This document shows, in pieces, positions 26,415 to 40,014 of a DNA stretch of 64,000 nt (its first letter is position 1; each line of letters starts with the position of its first letter). Under the pieces are notes generated by a model. It saw nothing but the letters and a program-made list of their open reading frames with translations. It was not told where the DNA came from and ran no database searches. The stretch is from assembly GCA_035547035.1 (NCBI GenBank), contig DASZVL010000039.1, forward strand, positions 32,808-96,807, read 5' to 3'. The DNA comes from Mycobacteriales bacterium. GTDB taxonomy: Bacteria > Actinomycetota > Actinomycetes > JAFAQI01. A program made the translations under genes and the position numbers.

Positions 26415-26505
26415 CACACAGTGACCCTCCGCCGGCGCGCCCGCTTGGTCCCGCTTCATCGGCTCACGTCCGGTTCCGGATGCAGGTCACTGTGTGCGCT
26501 ACTTC
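26408..26505. repeat. Long imperfect inverted repeat (19/21-nt arms, 58-nt spacer) spanning the TetR stop codon
   Basis: Left arm gaagtagcacacagtgacc (26408-26426). Right arm ggtcactgtgtgcgctacttc (26485-26505). The arms are complementary except for a 2-nt GC indel. Confidence 0.85.
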
Positions 26506-26560
26506 GGCTTTGGAGTTAACCGGTTGGGGGCGTGGCGGAGTGTGGGGAACGATTGGCCCC

Positions 26561-29751
<3,191 letters not shown>

Positions 29752-29764
29752 GTCGCGACTCTAA

Positions 29765-31969
29765 CTACTCGGCGGCCTCGGCCTCGGCGGGCGCATCGTC
29801 GAGGACCGGCACGAGCGACAGCTTGCCGCGCGGGTCGATCTCGGCGATCTCGACCTGGACCTTCGCCCCGACCGCGAGGACGTCCTCGACGTTCTCCACT
29901 CGCTTGCCACCGGCGAGCTTGCGGATCTGCGAGATGTGCAGCAGCCCGTCCTTGCCCGGGGTGAGCGACACGAAGGCGCCGAAGGTCGTCGTCTTCACGA
30001 CGGTCCCGAGATAGCGCTCGCCGACCTCTGGAAGCTGCGGCGACACGATCGAGCGGAACGCGCGAAGCGCGGCTTCAGCGGCGTCGCCACCGACCGCCGA
30101 GATGTAGATCGTGCCGTCGTCCTCGACCGTGAGGTCTGCACCGGTGTCGGCCTGGATCTGGTTGATGATCTTGCCCTTCGGCCCGATCACCTCGCCGATC
30201 TTGTCGACCGGGATCTTCTCGGTGATGATCCGCGGCGCGAACGGCGACATCTCCGCCGGAGCGTCGATCGCGTCGGCCATGACGTCGAGAATCGTCATCC
30301 GGGCGTCGCGTGCCTGCTGCAACGCGCCGGCGAGCACCGAGGCCGGGATGCCGGTGAGCTTCGTGTCGAGCTGGAGCGCCGTGACGAACTCGCGCGTGCC
30401 GGCGACCTTGAAGTCCATGTCGCCGTACGCGTCCTCCGCACCGAGTATGTCGGTGAGGGTGACGAAGTCGTCGCCGTCGTTGATCAGGCCCATCGCGATA
30501 CCGGCAACCGGCGCCTTCAGCGGCACACCGGCCGCCATCAGCGACAGCGTCGACGCGCAGACCGAGCCCATCGACGTCGAGCCGTTGGAGCCGAGTGCCT
30601 CGGACACCGCGCGGATCGCGTAGGGGAACTCCTCCTTGCTCGGCAGCACCGGCACGAGCGCGCGCTCCGCGAGTGCGCCGTGGCCGATCTCGCGGCGCTT
30701 CGGCGAACCGACGCGGCCGGTCTCACCGGTCGAGTAAGGCGGGAAGTTGTAGTGGTGCATGTAGCGCTTGCGCGTCTCCGGCGAAAGCGTGTCGACGAGC
30801 TGCTCCATACGAAGCATGTTCAGCGTCGCGACGTTCATGATCTGGGTCTCGCCACGCTCGAACAGGCTCGAGCCGTGCACCCGCGGCACGACGTTGATCT
30901 CGGCGGAGAGGCTGCGGATGTCCTGCAAACCACGGCCGTCGATGCGCACGCCGTCCTTGACGACGCGCTGGCGCACATGCTTCTTGGTCACGGAGCGGAA
31001 CGCCTCGCTGATCTCCTTCTCGCGGCCCTCGAACTGTGCAGCGAGCTGCTCCTTCGCGGCGTCCTTGATCCGGTCGAGCTCGGCCTCGCGGTCCTGCTTG
31101 TCCGCGATCGTCAGTGCCTTGGCAACATCAGCGCCCACCGCCGCGAGCACGGCGTCGTAGACGTCGTCCTGGTAGGCCAGGAAGACCGGGAACTCCCGGG
31201 TCTCCTTCGCGGCCTGGTCGGCCAGCTTCTGCTGCGCGGCAGCGATCTCGGCGAGGAACGGCTTCGCGGCCTCGAGACCCTGCGCGACGACATCCTCGGT
31301 CGGTGCGACTGCACCGCCGGCGACGAGCTCAAAGGTGTGCTCGGTGGCCTCGGCCTCGACCATCATGATCGCGACGTCGCCGCCCTCGACCACACGACCG
31401 GCAACGACCATGTCGAAGACGGCACGCTCGAGCTCGGAGTACGTCGGGAACGGGACCCACTCGCCGTCGATCAGCGCGACGCGGGCGCCGGCGACCGGGC
31501 CGGAGAACGGCAGGCCCGCAAGCAGCACCGAGCACGCCGCGCCGTTGATTGCGAGCACGTCGTACAGGTGGTCGGGGTGCAGCGCCAGGACCGTCGAGAC
31601 GATCTGGATCTCGTTGCGAAGACCGTTCGCGAAGCTCGGGCGAAGTGGGCGGTCGGTCAGGCGGCAGGTGAGAATCGCGTCCTCGCTGGGACGCCCCTCA
31701 CGCCGGAAGAACGAGCCGGGGATCTTGCCGGCGGCGTACTGCCGCTCCTCGACGTCGACCGTCAGGGGGAAGAAGTCGAACTGGTCCTTGGGGTTCTTCG
31801 ACGCCGTCGTGGCCGACAGGATCATCGTGTCGTCGTCGAGGTAGGTGACCGCGGAGCCCGCGGCCTGCTGGGCCAGCCGGCCGGTCTCGAACCGGATGGT
31901 GCGCTCGCCGAGCGAGCACTTGAGAACTGCGGTGGCTGAATATGTTTCGTTGTCTGCGAGGCCCGTCAC
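29765..31969 (-). CDS. pnp: Polyribonucleotide nucleotidyltransferase (PNPase/GPSI)
   Basis: 734 aa. Two RNase PH domains, KH ([11 protein letters not shown]) and S1 ([18 protein letters not shown]) domains. GTG start with an ACGGAG SD. Confidence 0.98.
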   Translation of the reverse strand: MTGLADNETYSATAVLKCSLGERTIRFETGRLAQQAAGSAVTYLDDDTMILSATTASKNPKDQFDFFPLTVDVEERQYAAGKIPGSFFRREGRPSEDAILTCRLTDRPLRPSFANGLRNEIQIVSTVLALHPDHLYDVLAINGAACSVLLAGLPFSGPVAGARVALIDGEWVPFPTYSELERAVFDMVVAGRVVEGGDVAIMMVEAEATEHTFELVAGGAVAPTEDVVAQGLEAAKPFLAEIAAAQQKLADQAAKETREFPVFLAYQDDVYDAVLAAVGADVAKALTIADKQDREAELDRIKDAAKEQLAAQFEGREKEISEAFRSVTKKHVRQRVVKDGVRIDGRGLQDIRSLSAEINVVPRVHGSSLFERGETQIMNVATLNMLRMEQLVDTLSPETRKRYMHHYNFPPYSTGETGRVGSPKRREIGHGALAERALVPVLPSKEEFPYAIRAVSEALGSNGSTSMGSVCASTLSLMAAGVPLKAPVAGIAMGLINDGDDFVTLTDILGAEDAYGDMDFKVAGTREFVTALQLDTKLTGIPASVLAGALQQARDARMTILDVMADAIDAPAEMSPFAPRIITEKIPVDKIGEVIGPKGKIINQIQADTGADLTVEDDGTIYISAVGGDAAEAALRAFRSIVSPQLPEVGERYLGTVVKTTTFGAFVSLTPGKDGLLHISQIRKLAGGKRVENVEDVLAVGAKVQVEIAEIDPRGKLSLVPVLDDAPAEAEAAE

Positions 31970-32088
31970 GGGCTACTCCGTTCGTCTCGGCGCCCCGACC
32001 GCCTCGCAGGGCCCGGTCATCGATCGAAGCGGACGGACTTGTGATCCGGCCGCCACTACCGAGGACCGAGGCTCGCGTTCGCGGCCGG
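31954..32088 (-). promoter_or_regulatory. rpsO-pnp intercistronic leader with two hairpins
   Basis: Hairpin 1: CCGGCCGC...GCGGCCGG (32046-32053 / 32081-32088), 20 nt after the rpsO stop. Hairpin 2: 9-bp perfect complement CUGCGAGGC/GCCUCGCAG (32001-32009 / 31954-31962), which encloses the pnp SD and GTG. Confidence 0.4.
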
Positions 32089-32108
32089 CGCGCGGTGTGG
32101 CGATCGAG

Positions 32109-32378
32109 CTAGCGGCGCAAGCCGAGTCGCTCGATCAGTGCGCGGTAGCGCTGGACGTCCACCGTCTCGAGGTAACGCAGCAGCCGACGGCGACGGCCGA
32201 CCAGCTGAAGCAGCCCTCGCTGCGTGTGGAAGTCGTGCTTGTGCGCCTTCATGTGTTCGGTGAGGTCGGCAATGCGCCGCGACAGCAGCGCGACCTGCAC
32301 CTCGGGAGAGCCCGTGTCGCCTTCGGCGGTGGCGTATTCCTTGATGATCTCTTGCTTGACGGCGGCGTCGAGCGGCAC
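32109..32378 (-). CDS. rpsO: 30S ribosomal protein S15
   Basis: 89 aa, ...[51 protein letters not shown]... Confidence 0.99.
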   Translation of the reverse strand: MPLDAAVKQEIIKEYATAEGDTGSPEVQVALLSRRIADLTEHMKAHKHDFHTQRGLLQLVGRRRRLLRYLETVDVQRYRALIERLGLRR

Positions 32379-32463
32379 GTGTGTTTCTCCTGTTACATCA
32401 GCCCACAGGGTTACACCGCAGGGGCAGACTCATTTAGACCGCTCAAGTGTAGCGGAAACGGGG

Positions 32464-33345
32464 TCAGCCGAGCGTGGAACGCGACGCGTCGACGTCGCGG
32501 TGCATCTGCTCGACGAGGTCGTCCACGTTGGCAAACCGCTCCATCCCCCGCAGCCGAGCGGCGAACTCGACGATCACATGCTCGTCGTACAGCTCCAGCT
32601 CGTGGCCGACGTCGATCGCATATGCCTCGACCCGGCGCTCGACGCCGTCGAACGTCGGGTTCGTCCCGACGCTGATCGCGGCCTTGATCCGCTGCCCCTC
32701 CGCTCGGGTGAGCCAGCCGGCGTAGACGCCGTCCTGCGGGACGGCGATCCCCTCGTCGACCTTCACGTTGGCGGTCGGGAAGCCGAGCGCCCGACCCCGG
32801 GCATCACCCCGGACCACCGGCCCTTCAACGAGGTGCAGGCGGCCGAGCGCCGACGCGGCTGCCTCGACCTCGCCGTGTACGACGAAGTCGCGAACCAGCG
32901 TGGAGGAGATCGTGCCGCCGTCGGTGAGCAGCGCGACGTCGTCGACCTCGAGGTCGTACCGGCGCAGCATCGCCGCGTCCCCCGCTGCCCGGTGACCGAA
33001 GCGGAAGTTGTGGCCGACGACGATCTGCTCTGCAGCGAGCTCGGCGATCAGGACCTGCTCGATGAACTCCTGCGGTGTCTGCAGGGACAGCTCGCGGTTG
33101 AACTGCAGGACGTGCACGTCGTCGGCTCCGTGATCGCGAAGCAGCCGGATCCGGCGGTCGAGCGTGACCAGCATCGGCGGGACGTGCCCGGGCGCGAGCA
33201 CCGCGGTGGGATGGGGGTGGAACGTCACGACCACGACGCGGGCCCCACGCTGGCGGGCCGACCGCGCCGCGTGCTCCAACACGAGCTGATGACCGCGGTG
33301 CACGCCGTCGAACACCCCGATGGGGACGACGCTCTTCACGCTCAC
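32464..33345 (-). CDS. ribF: Bifunctional riboflavin kinase / FMN adenylyltransferase
   Basis: Trimmed from track ORF 32464..33507 to the GTG at 33345 (alternative 33339). IGVFDGVHRGHQ, ...GFPTANV..., PTFDG... motifs. Confidence 0.93.
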   Translation of the reverse strand: MSVKSVVPIGVFDGVHRGHQLVLEHAARSARQRGARVVVVTFHPHPTAVLAPGHVPPMLVTLDRRIRLLRDHGADDVHVLQFNRELSLQTPQEFIEQVLIAELAAEQIVVGHNFRFGHRAAGDAAMLRRYDLEVDDVALLTDGGTISSTLVRDFVVHGEVEAAASALGRLHLVEGPVVRGDARGRALGFPTANVKVDEGIAVPQDGVYAGWLTRAEGQRIKAAISVGTNPTFDGVERRVEAYAIDVGHELELYDEHVIVEFAARLRGMERFANVDDLVEQMHRDVDASRSTLG

Positions 33346-33358
33346 ACCTACAGTCTGC

Positions 33359-34225
33359 CTAAACGAAGACGCACACGGGCTGCGCGACTCCGCCGCGGTC
33401 TTCCACGAGCGCGATGACGCGGCCGTCCTCAGTGAAGACGCCGGTCGTCGACGCCGCCAGCGGAAGTGCGAGCCGCTGGCCGTGGCTGATTCGAAGTGCG
33501 TCCTCATCGGTCACGGTGATCACCGGAAACGTCTTGCCCACGGCCTCGGCCAAGGATGTGGTGGTAAAGCTCCGCTCGAGCTCCTCGAGCGATCGCGCCT
33601 CGTCAACTGTGTACGGACCGCTTCTCGTACGGCGCAGTGCGGTGAGGTGCCCGCCGACGCCCAGCATGGTGCCGAGGTCCCTGGCGAGTGCCCGCACGTA
33701 GGTCCCGGTCGAGCACGTCACTCGGACGTCGAGCTCGTTTCCTCGTCGTTCGACGAGGTCGAACGCCTCGACCGTCACTCTGCGGGCCTTGAGCTCGACC
33801 ACCTCACCGTCACGCGCCCTCTTGTATGCGCGGACTCCGTCGACCTTGATTGCGCTTACCGACGACGGGACCTGGTCGATGTCGCCGATCAGGGCGCTCA
33901 TCGCTTGGGCGATTCGCGCGTCCTCGATGTCGGCCGCCACGCCTTCGGCGTCGGCTCCTAGGTACTCGCCGTCGGCGTCGTCCGTCGTGGTCCCTCGGCC
34001 TAGGCGGATGGTCGCGTCGTACTCCTTGTCATGGAGCGCGAGGTGACCGAGCAGTCGGGTTGCGCGCTCGACACCGAGAACGAGCACTCCGGTCGCCATC
34101 GGGTCGAGCGTGCCGGCGTGACCGACCTTGCGGGTGCCCGCGAAGCGGCGCACCTTGGCGACGACGTCGTGTGAGGTCCACCCAGCCGGCTTGTCGACGA
34201 CGACCAGGCCGTCGGCTGCGCTCAC
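33359..34225 (-). CDS. truB: tRNA pseudouridine(55) synthase TruB
   Basis: ...GLVVVDKPAGWTSHDVV...GHAGTLDPMATGVLVLG... (catalytic Asp motif). GTG start overlaps the rbfA TGA. Confidence 0.96.
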   Translation of the reverse strand: MSAADGLVVVDKPAGWTSHDVVAKVRRFAGTRKVGHAGTLDPMATGVLVLGVERATRLLGHLALHDKEYDATIRLGRGTTTDDADGEYLGADAEGVAADIEDARIAQAMSALIGDIDQVPSSVSAIKVDGVRAYKRARDGEVVELKARRVTVEAFDLVERRGNELDVRVTCSTGTYVRALARDLGTMLGVGGHLTALRRTRSGPYTVDEARSLEELERSFTTTSLAEAVGKTFPVITVTDEDALRISHGQRLALPLAASTTGVFTEDGRVIALVEDRGGVAQPVCVFV

Positions 34226-34659
34226 TCGCCGTCGGCGTCGGGCTCGACGTCGCGATAAGGGTTGGCCTCGCCGGCAGGTACGGCGTGCTCCGCGAGCTGG
34301 TGGACACGCTCGTCTTCCTCGCGTGCCTTAGCGAGCACGTCCTCGATGTGTTTCGCGTTCTCCGGAATCGCATCGAGGACGAAGGCGACCGACGGTGTGT
34401 GCTTGAGCCCTGTCGCCCGGCCGATCGCAGTGCGAATCATTCCCTTCGACGCCTCGAGCGCCGCCGCACTGTCGGCACGCACCGTGTCGTCGCCCCACAC
34501 CGTCCAGAACACGGTGGCCTCCCGGAGGTCCGGCGTGAGCCGGGCATCCGTGATGGTCACCATGCCGAGCCGCGCGTCCTTGACGTGGTGCTCGACTGCC
34601 TGAGCCACCACCTCGCGGACGCGCACGCTCATCCGGCGCACGCGTGCGTCGTCTGCCAT
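34222..34659 (-). CDS. rbfA: Ribosome-binding factor A
   Basis: ...RVRRMSVRVREVVAQAV...LGMVTITDARLTPDLREATVFWTV... Confidence 0.95.
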   Translation of the reverse strand: MADDARVRRMSVRVREVVAQAVEHHVKDARLGMVTITDARLTPDLREATVFWTVWGDDTVRADSAAALEASKGMIRTAIGRATGLKHTPSVAFVLDAIPENAKHIEDVLAKAREEDERVHQLAEHAVPAGEANPYRDVEPDADGE

Positions 34660-34675
34660 TGCCAGCTACTCCGTA

Positions 34676-37378
34676 CTAAGTGCGGGGCTTCTCGCGCATC
34701 TCGAAGGTCTCGATGACGTCCTCGACGTTGATGTCGTTGTAGCTGCCGAGGCTGATACCGCACTCGAAGCCCTCGCGGACCTCGGTCGCGTCGTCCTTGA
34801 AACGACGAAGCGTTGCGATGCTCAGGTTGTCGGCGACGACGACTCCGTCGCGAACCAGGCGAGCCTTCGAGTTCCGCACGATCGTGCCGGATCGCACGAT
34901 GCAACCGGCGATGTTGCCGACCTTGCTCGACCGGAAGATCTCGCGGATCTCCGCCGTGCCGAGCTGCACCTCTTCGAACTCCGGCTTGAGCATGCCCTTG
35001 AGGGCGTTCTCGACGTCCTCGATGGCTGCGTAGATGACGGAGTAGAAGCGGACGTCGACCTTCTCGCGGTCGGCGAGCTCGCGGGCCTTGCCCTCGGGCC
35101 GGACGTTGTAGCCGATGACGACGGCGTCCGACGCGCGCGCCAGGTTGATGTCGTTCTCGGTGATCGCACCGACACCGCGGCCGATGATCCGCAGCGACAC
35201 CTCGTCCTCGGCGCCGACGTCGATCTTGAGCAAGGCGTCCTCAAGGGCTTCCACCGAACCGGAGACGTCACCCTTGAGGATCAGGTTGAGCTGAGTGACC
35301 TCGCCCTGCTGGATCCGCTCGAGCACGTCCTCCAGCGTCATGCGGCCGCGACCCTTCGCCAGCTCGGCGAAGCGCTCGCGCGCCTGCCGCTGCTCGGCGA
35401 TCTGACGAGCGACCCGGTCCTCCGGCACGACGAGGAAGTTGTCGCCGGCGCCGGGGACGCTGGTGAAGCCGAGCACCTGGACCGGACGCGACGGTGAGGC
35501 CTCTTCGACCTGGTCGCCGTTGTCGTCGAGCATCGCGCGGACGCGTCCGAACGCGTCACCCGCGACGATCGAGTCGCCGACCCGCAGCGTGCCGCGCTGG
35601 ATCAGCACGGTGGCAACCGGGCCCCGGCCCTTGTCGAGGTGTGCCTCGATGGCGACACCTTCGGCAGCGCGGCTCGGGTTCGCCCGAAGGTCGAGCGCGG
35701 CGTCGGCGGTGAGCGCGATGCCCTCGAGCAGCTCGGGGATGCCGGTGCCGGTACGCGCCGAGACGTCGATGAACAGCGTGTCGCCGCCGTACTCCTCCGC
35801 CACCAGGCCGTACTCGGTGAGCTGCTGGCGCACCTTCGCCGGGTTGGCGTCCTCCTTGTCGATCTTGTTGACCGCGACGACAACCGGCACGTCCGCTGCC
35901 TGGGCGTGGTTGAGCGCCTCGATGGTCTGCGGCATGACACCGTCGTCAGCCGCGACGACGAGTACGGCGATGTCCGTGACCTGCGCGCCACGTGCACGCA
36001 TGGCGGTGAACGCCTCGTGACCCGGGGTGTCGATGAAGGTCAGCGTGCGGTCGTTGCCCTCGACCGTGGCATGCACCTGGTAGGCACCGATGTGCTGGGT
36101 GATGCCGCCGTGCTCGCGGGCCACGATGTCGGTCTGCCGGATGGCGTCCAGCAGCTTCGTCTTTCCGTGGTCGACGTGACCCATGACGGTGACGACCGGC
36201 GCGCGCGGCACGAGGTCGGCCTCGTCCTCCTCGGCGTCGAACTCGAGGTCGAAGCGCGACAGGATCTCGGCGTCCTCTTCCTCGGGCGTGACGATCCGCA
36301 CGTCCCATCCGAGCTCGGTGCCGAGCAGCTGCAACGTCTCCTCAGGAGCCGACTGCGTCGCTGTCACCATCTCGCCGAGCTGCGTGAAGACGACCTGCAC
36401 GAGCGAGCCGGGGTTGGCCCCGATCCGGTCGGCGAAGTCCGCGAGGCTCGCGCCGCGGGGCAGGCGAATCTGCTCGCCGTTGCCGCGGGGGACGGAGACG
36501 CCGCCGATCGTCGGCGCCTGCATGTTGTCGAACTCTTGGCGGCGCTGCTTCTTGGACTTGCGGCCACGGGCCGGGCGACCGCCCGGACCGCGACCGAACG
36601 CACCCTGGGTCGGCGCACCGCGGCCTCGGCCGCCGGGGCCGCCGGGACGGCCACCGAAGCCACCACCGCCACCGCCGGGGCCGCCGGGACGGCCACCGAA
36701 GCCACCGCCGCCGGGACCGCCCTGACCACCGCCGGGACGCCCGCCGAAGCCGCCGCCCTGTCCGGGACGACCGCCGCCGCCGGGGCCGCCCGGGCCACCC
36801 GGCCGCATCGGCCGCGGCGGCATCATGCCCGGACCCGGACGCATGCCGCCGGCGCCGCCGGGCCGCGGCGGCATCATGCCGGGAGTGCCTCCCGGACCCT
36901 GCCGCTGCGGAGGGGCCGCCGGCCGGTCCCGAGTCGTGAAGGGGTTGTTGCCGGCCGGTCGCTGCGTGAAGGGGTTGTTGCCGGCCGGTCGGGGGGCGGC
37001 CGGGCGCGGAGGCAGAGAGCTCGGCGGGAGGCTGCTCGGCGCCGCGGGTGCTGCCGGCGGCTCGGCCAGAGCAGCGGGTGCAGCCGGCGTCTCGAACGCC
37101 GGCTCCGGCTCCTTCGGAGCCTCCGGCGCCTCGGCGACCGGCGTGGGTGCCGCGGGCGCCTCAGGCTCGGGCGCGGCGGCGGCTGCCTTCTTCTTCGGCG
37201 CGGGCTTCTCAGCCTCGGCCACCGGCGGGAAGGCAGCGAAGACCTTGGCGACGACCGGCGCCTCAACCGTGGAGGACGGGGTCTTGACGTACTCGCCGTT
37301 GTTGTTGAGCCACTCGATCAGCTGCTTGCTCGGCATGCCGATCTGCTTGGCGAGTGCGGATACTCGCTCCTTGGCCAC
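34676..37378 (-). CDS. infB: Translation initiation factor IF-2
   Basis: 900 aa. Pro/Ala/Gly-rich N-terminus and GTPase domain ([24 protein letters not shown]). Confidence 0.99.
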   Translation of the reverse strand: MAKERVSALAKQIGMPSKQLIEWLNNNGEYVKTPSSTVEAPVVAKVFAAFPPVAEAEKPAPKKKAAAAAPEPEAPAAPTPVAEAPEAPKEPEPAFETPAAPAALAEPPAAPAAPSSLPPSSLPPRPAAPRPAGNNPFTQRPAGNNPFTTRDRPAAPPQRQGPGGTPGMMPPRPGGAGGMRPGPGMMPPRPMRPGGPGGPGGGGRPGQGGGFGGRPGGGQGGPGGGGFGGRPGGPGGGGGGFGGRPGGPGGRGRGAPTQGAFGRGPGGRPARGRKSKKQRRQEFDNMQAPTIGGVSVPRGNGEQIRLPRGASLADFADRIGANPGSLVQVVFTQLGEMVTATQSAPEETLQLLGTELGWDVRIVTPEEEDAEILSRFDLEFDAEEDEADLVPRAPVVTVMGHVDHGKTKLLDAIRQTDIVAREHGGITQHIGAYQVHATVEGNDRTLTFIDTPGHEAFTAMRARGAQVTDIAVLVVAADDGVMPQTIEALNHAQAADVPVVVAVNKIDKEDANPAKVRQQLTEYGLVAEEYGGDTLFIDVSARTGTGIPELLEGIALTADAALDLRANPSRAAEGVAIEAHLDKGRGPVATVLIQRGTLRVGDSIVAGDAFGRVRAMLDDNGDQVEEASPSRPVQVLGFTSVPGAGDNFLVVPEDRVARQIAEQRQARERFAELAKGRGRMTLEDVLERIQQGEVTQLNLILKGDVSGSVEALEDALLKIDVGAEDEVSLRIIGRGVGAITENDINLARASDAVVIGYNVRPEGKARELADREKVDVRFYSVIYAAIEDVENALKGMLKPEFEEVQLGTAEIREIFRSSKVGNIAGCIVRSGTIVRNSKARLVRDGVVVADNLSIATLRRFKDDATEVREGFECGISLGSYNDINVEDVIETFEMREKPRT
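36631..36706. repeat. In-frame direct repeat inside infB (34 nt repeated at 42-nt period)
   Basis: cgccggggccgccgggacggccaccgaagccacc occurs at 36631-36664 and again at 36673-36706. It encodes the [12 protein letters not shown] repeats of the IF-2 N-terminal region. Confidence 0.85.
36935..36990. repeat. In-frame direct repeat inside infB (26 nt repeated at 30-nt period)
   Basis: cgtgaaggggttgttgccggccggtc occurs at 36935-36960 and 36965-36990. It encodes [10 protein letters not shown] / [10 protein letters not shown]. Confidence 0.85.
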
Positions 37379-37465
37379 AGACTCTCCGTTTCGTGGCCCA
37401 CGGAGGGAATCCGCAAGCCGTTGTCAGTGCAGGGTCGTACTCATCGGTGCTGGCTCATCGAGCGC

Positions 37466-37750
37466 TCATCGTTCGTTCCGTCCCGTAACAGCGGTTATGT
37501 AGGCGTCGAGCCCGGCGGTGTCGAGTGGCCCCGGGAGCCGTAGGGCCCGCGGAAACGCTCGGCGACGCTCTGCCAGCGCGAGACATGCCGGATCGAGATG
37601 CAGGTGAGCCCCGCGCCCCGGCGACGTGCCTCGCGGGTCCGGGGTCAGGGTCCCCTCGACCGCAACGACGCGCACTAGTTCTGACTTTGCGGCCTTGACC
37701 CGGCACCCGACACACGTTCGGACCGGCTCCCGGCTGCGAGCCGCCGTCAA
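37466..37750 (-). CDS. ylxR: YlxR family (DUF448) RNA-binding protein
   Basis: ...PVRTCVGCRVKAAKSELVRVV...GRGAHLH..., located between nusA and infB. Confidence 0.9.
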   Translation of the reverse strand: MTAARSREPVRTCVGCRVKAAKSELVRVVAVEGTLTPDPRGTSPGRGAHLHLDPACLALAERRRAFPRALRLPGPLDTAGLDAYITAVTGRNER

Positions 37751-37752
37751 GT

Positions 37753-38730
37753 CTAGCCCTGATCGTCAGGACGGATGTCGATCCGCCAGCCGGTCAGCCG
37801 GTTCGCCAGGCGGGCGTTCTGCCCTTCCTTGCCGATCGCGAGGGACAGCTGGAAGTCCGGTACGACGACGCGCGCGGCTTTGGTTGCGGCGTCAACGACC
37901 GTGACGCTCACGACCTGCGCCGGGGAGAGCGCGTTGCCGACGAAGGCGGCGGGGTCCTCGGCCCAGTCGACGATGTCGATCTTCTCGCCGTGCAGCTCGG
38001 TGACCACCGCGCGCACCCGCGCGCCCATCGGGCCGATGCACGCCCCACGCGCACGGACCGATGCGGAGTTGGACCGCACCGCGACCTTGGTGCGGTGACC
38101 GGCCTCACGAGCGATCGCGGCGATCTCGACGGTGCCGTCGGCGATCTCCGGGACCTCCATCGCGAACAGCTTCTTGACCAGGTTCGGATGGCTCCTGGAC
38201 AGCGTGACCTGCGCGCCGCGCATGCCGCGGTTGACGCTGACGACGAGGCAGCGCAGCCGCTCGCCGTGGACGTAGCGCTCCCCCGGGACCTGCTCGGCGG
38301 GCGGCAACACGCCCTCGAGGTCACCGAGGTCGACCAGGACCGGACCGCCTTCGCGCATGCCCGAGTGGTGCTGGATGACGCCGCTGACGAGGTCGCCCTC
38401 CTTGCCGACGTACTCGCCGTACGTCGTCTCCTGGGCGTGGTCGCGCAGGCGGGACATGATCACGTGCTTGGCGGTCATCGCCGCGATCCGGCCGAAGTCA
38501 CCAGGCGTGTCGTCGTACTCGCGGACGACCTGACCCTCCTCGTCGACCTCTTGCGCGAACACGGTGACCTCGCCGGTCTTGCGGTCCAGTGCGACGCGAG
38601 CGCGCGGCTGGGCGCCTTCGGTGCGCTCGTAGGCGGCGAGCAGCGCCTGCTCGAGCGCCTCGACCACGGTCTCGAGCGAGACGTCCTTCTCCCGGACCAG
38701 GCTCTTCAGCGCGGTGATGTCGATGTTCAT
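37753..38730 (-). CDS. nusA: Transcription termination/antitermination factor NusA
   Basis: 325 aa. N-terminal domain, S1 and two KH domains (...[23 protein letters not shown]...). Confidence 0.98.
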   Translation of the reverse strand: MNIDITALKSLVREKDVSLETVVEALEQALLAAYERTEGAQPRARVALDRKTGEVTVFAQEVDEEGQVVREYDDTPGDFGRIAAMTAKHVIMSRLRDHAQETTYGEYVGKEGDLVSGVIQHHSGMREGGPVLVDLGDLEGVLPPAEQVPGERYVHGERLRCLVVSVNRGMRGAQVTLSRSHPNLVKKLFAMEVPEIADGTVEIAAIAREAGHRTKVAVRSNSASVRARGACIGPMGARVRAVVTELHGEKIDIVDWAEDPAAFVGNALSPAQVVSVTVVDAATKAARVVVPDFQLSLAIGKEGQNARLANRLTGWRIDIRPDDQG

Positions 38731-39167
38731 CGGGAGAACTCCACGATGACCTTGCCGCTGCCGAGGTCGCTGTACCCGATCTCGGTTCGAGCGCCGTTCA
38801 CCTCGACGGCTACGCCGTCATCGGTCACCTCGACGATCCGGCCTTTGAACGACTCGGTTTCCACCAGCCTGCCGACGTTGCGGCGCCAGTGGCGTGGCTC
38901 GGTGAGCGGGCGGTCCACGCCCGGTGACGTCACCTCGAGCGTGTAGGCAGCCTCGCCGAACGCATCGGCGGCGTCGAGCGCCTCCGACACCGCGCGCGAG
39001 ATGTCGGCCACCGCGTCGAGGTCGATCCCGCCGTCACGATCGACCACGATCCGGACCACGCTGCGGCGACCCGCCGAGGACACGACGAGGTCCTCCAGGT
39101 CGTAGCCGGCCGATGTCACGACCGGCTCGACTGTCGGGCGCAGCGAAGCTGCGGTCGTCGCCGCCAT
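38727..39167 (-). CDS. rimP: Ribosome maturation factor RimP
   Basis: ...GYDLEDLVV...[14 protein letters not shown]...[14 protein letters not shown]... Its stop overlaps the nusA ATG (ATGA). Confidence 0.93.
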   Translation of the reverse strand: MAATTAASLRPTVEPVVTSAGYDLEDLVVSSAGRRSVVRIVVDRDGGIDLDAVADISRAVSEALDAADAFGEAAYTLEVTSPGVDRPLTEPRHWRRNVGRLVETESFKGRIVEVTDDGVAVEVNGARTEIGYSDLGSGKVIVEFSR

Positions 39168-39203
39168 GAGGCGAAGATTAGTGCGAATGGCACACTGGGC
39201 GCG

Positions 39204-39605
39204 GTGAAATCCGCCGCTGCGATGTCCCGGCGGTCGCTCCTCGGCCTCGCCGCGCTCGGCCTCGCCGCGTGCAAGAAGGGCTCGTCGCCTCCGACACCTC
39301 GTGTCGATCCGGACGCCACCGCGCTTGCAGCTGCTCGAGACGGTGAGCTGACCCTCATCAGGTCATGCGAGGCAGTCGGCTTCACCGCGGACCAGAACAT
39401 CCATACGGCTCACTTCAAGGCGTTGGGCGGCGTCTTCCCGTCCGCGCCTGTGATGCCCAAGCTGCTCCAGACAGACGAGATCCAATCGGCGGTTCGCGGC
39501 TCCGTCGCCTCGCTTCGTGGCGCTGCCGTTGCCGCCATCGACGGCGATCACGCGGCTCGCTTCGCCAGCATCGCGGCCTCGCACGAGGTGATGGCCGGTG
39601 AGTGA
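39204..39605 (+). CDS. Predicted Tat-exported lipoprotein, function unknown
   Basis: [23 protein letters not shown]: twin-arginine motif SRRSLL plus lipobox LAAC. The start could be the ATG at 39222. Confidence 0.65.
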   Translation: MKSAAAMSRRSLLGLAALGLAACKKGSSPPTPRVDPDATALAAARDGELTLIRSCEAVGFTADQNIHTAHFKALGGVFPSAPVMPKLLQTDEIQSAVRGSVASLRGAAVAAIDGDHAARFASIAASHEVMAGE

Positions 39606-40014
39606 GCTCGTCGCGCTGAAGCAGGCCCTGGCCACCGAGCAGGCGGTGGTCTACGGCTACGGCGTCGCGGGTGCACATCTCAGAGGTGCCGACCGCAAGC
39701 TGGCTGCTTCCCGCCTCGTGACTCACCAGAACCTGCGCGACCAGCTGGCAGCGCAGATCACGGCACTCGGTGCCGTTGCTCCGGCAGCACTGCCGGCGTA
39801 CCAGCTGCCGTTCCCCGTGACCGACGCCGCAACGGCGCGTCAGCTGGCCGCCCACCTGGAAGACGGCGCTGCGGGTGCGGCGTGGGATCTTGCTGCCGCG
39901 ACCGCTGCGCGGTCGACCTCGCGCGACATTGCTGTCGGCTGGCTCTCCGACGCGGCCGTTGCTGCGTCGCGTTGGGGTGCTGCGCTCCCGGCGTTGCCGG
40001 GTGGCGCTAGCTGA
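39598..40014 (+). CDS. DUF4439 (ferritin-like) domain protein
   Basis: ...[22 protein letters not shown]..., an Ala-rich helical protein with no signal peptide. GTG start overlaps the upstream gene by 8 nt. Confidence 0.7.
   Translation: MSELVALKQALATEQAVVYGYGVAGAHLRGADRKLAASRLVTHQNLRDQLAAQITALGAVAPAALPAYQLPFPVTDAATARQLAAHLEDGAAGAAWDLAAATAARSTSRDIAVGWLSDAAVAASRWGAALPALPGGAS

Noticed and set aside
32379-32463. An S15 autoregulatory leader structure upstream of rpsO.
   Set aside because: I could find only 4-5-bp stems (CCGCT...AGCGG, GCCC...GGGC). That is not enough to support a call without covariation data.
35639-37543. Very long ORFs antisense or out of frame to recognised genes. Examples: 35639..37543 (+, 634 aa, opposite infB), 9755..11095, 19716..21230, 24238..25815, 29936..31939, 45953..47686, 49785..51728, 55357..57003 and 124..1035.
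   Set aside because: Their translations are Arg/Ala/Gly/Pro-rich low-complexity strings with no motifs. Each lies on top of a clearly conserved gene in another frame or strand. Open antisense frames are expected in DNA this GC-rich.
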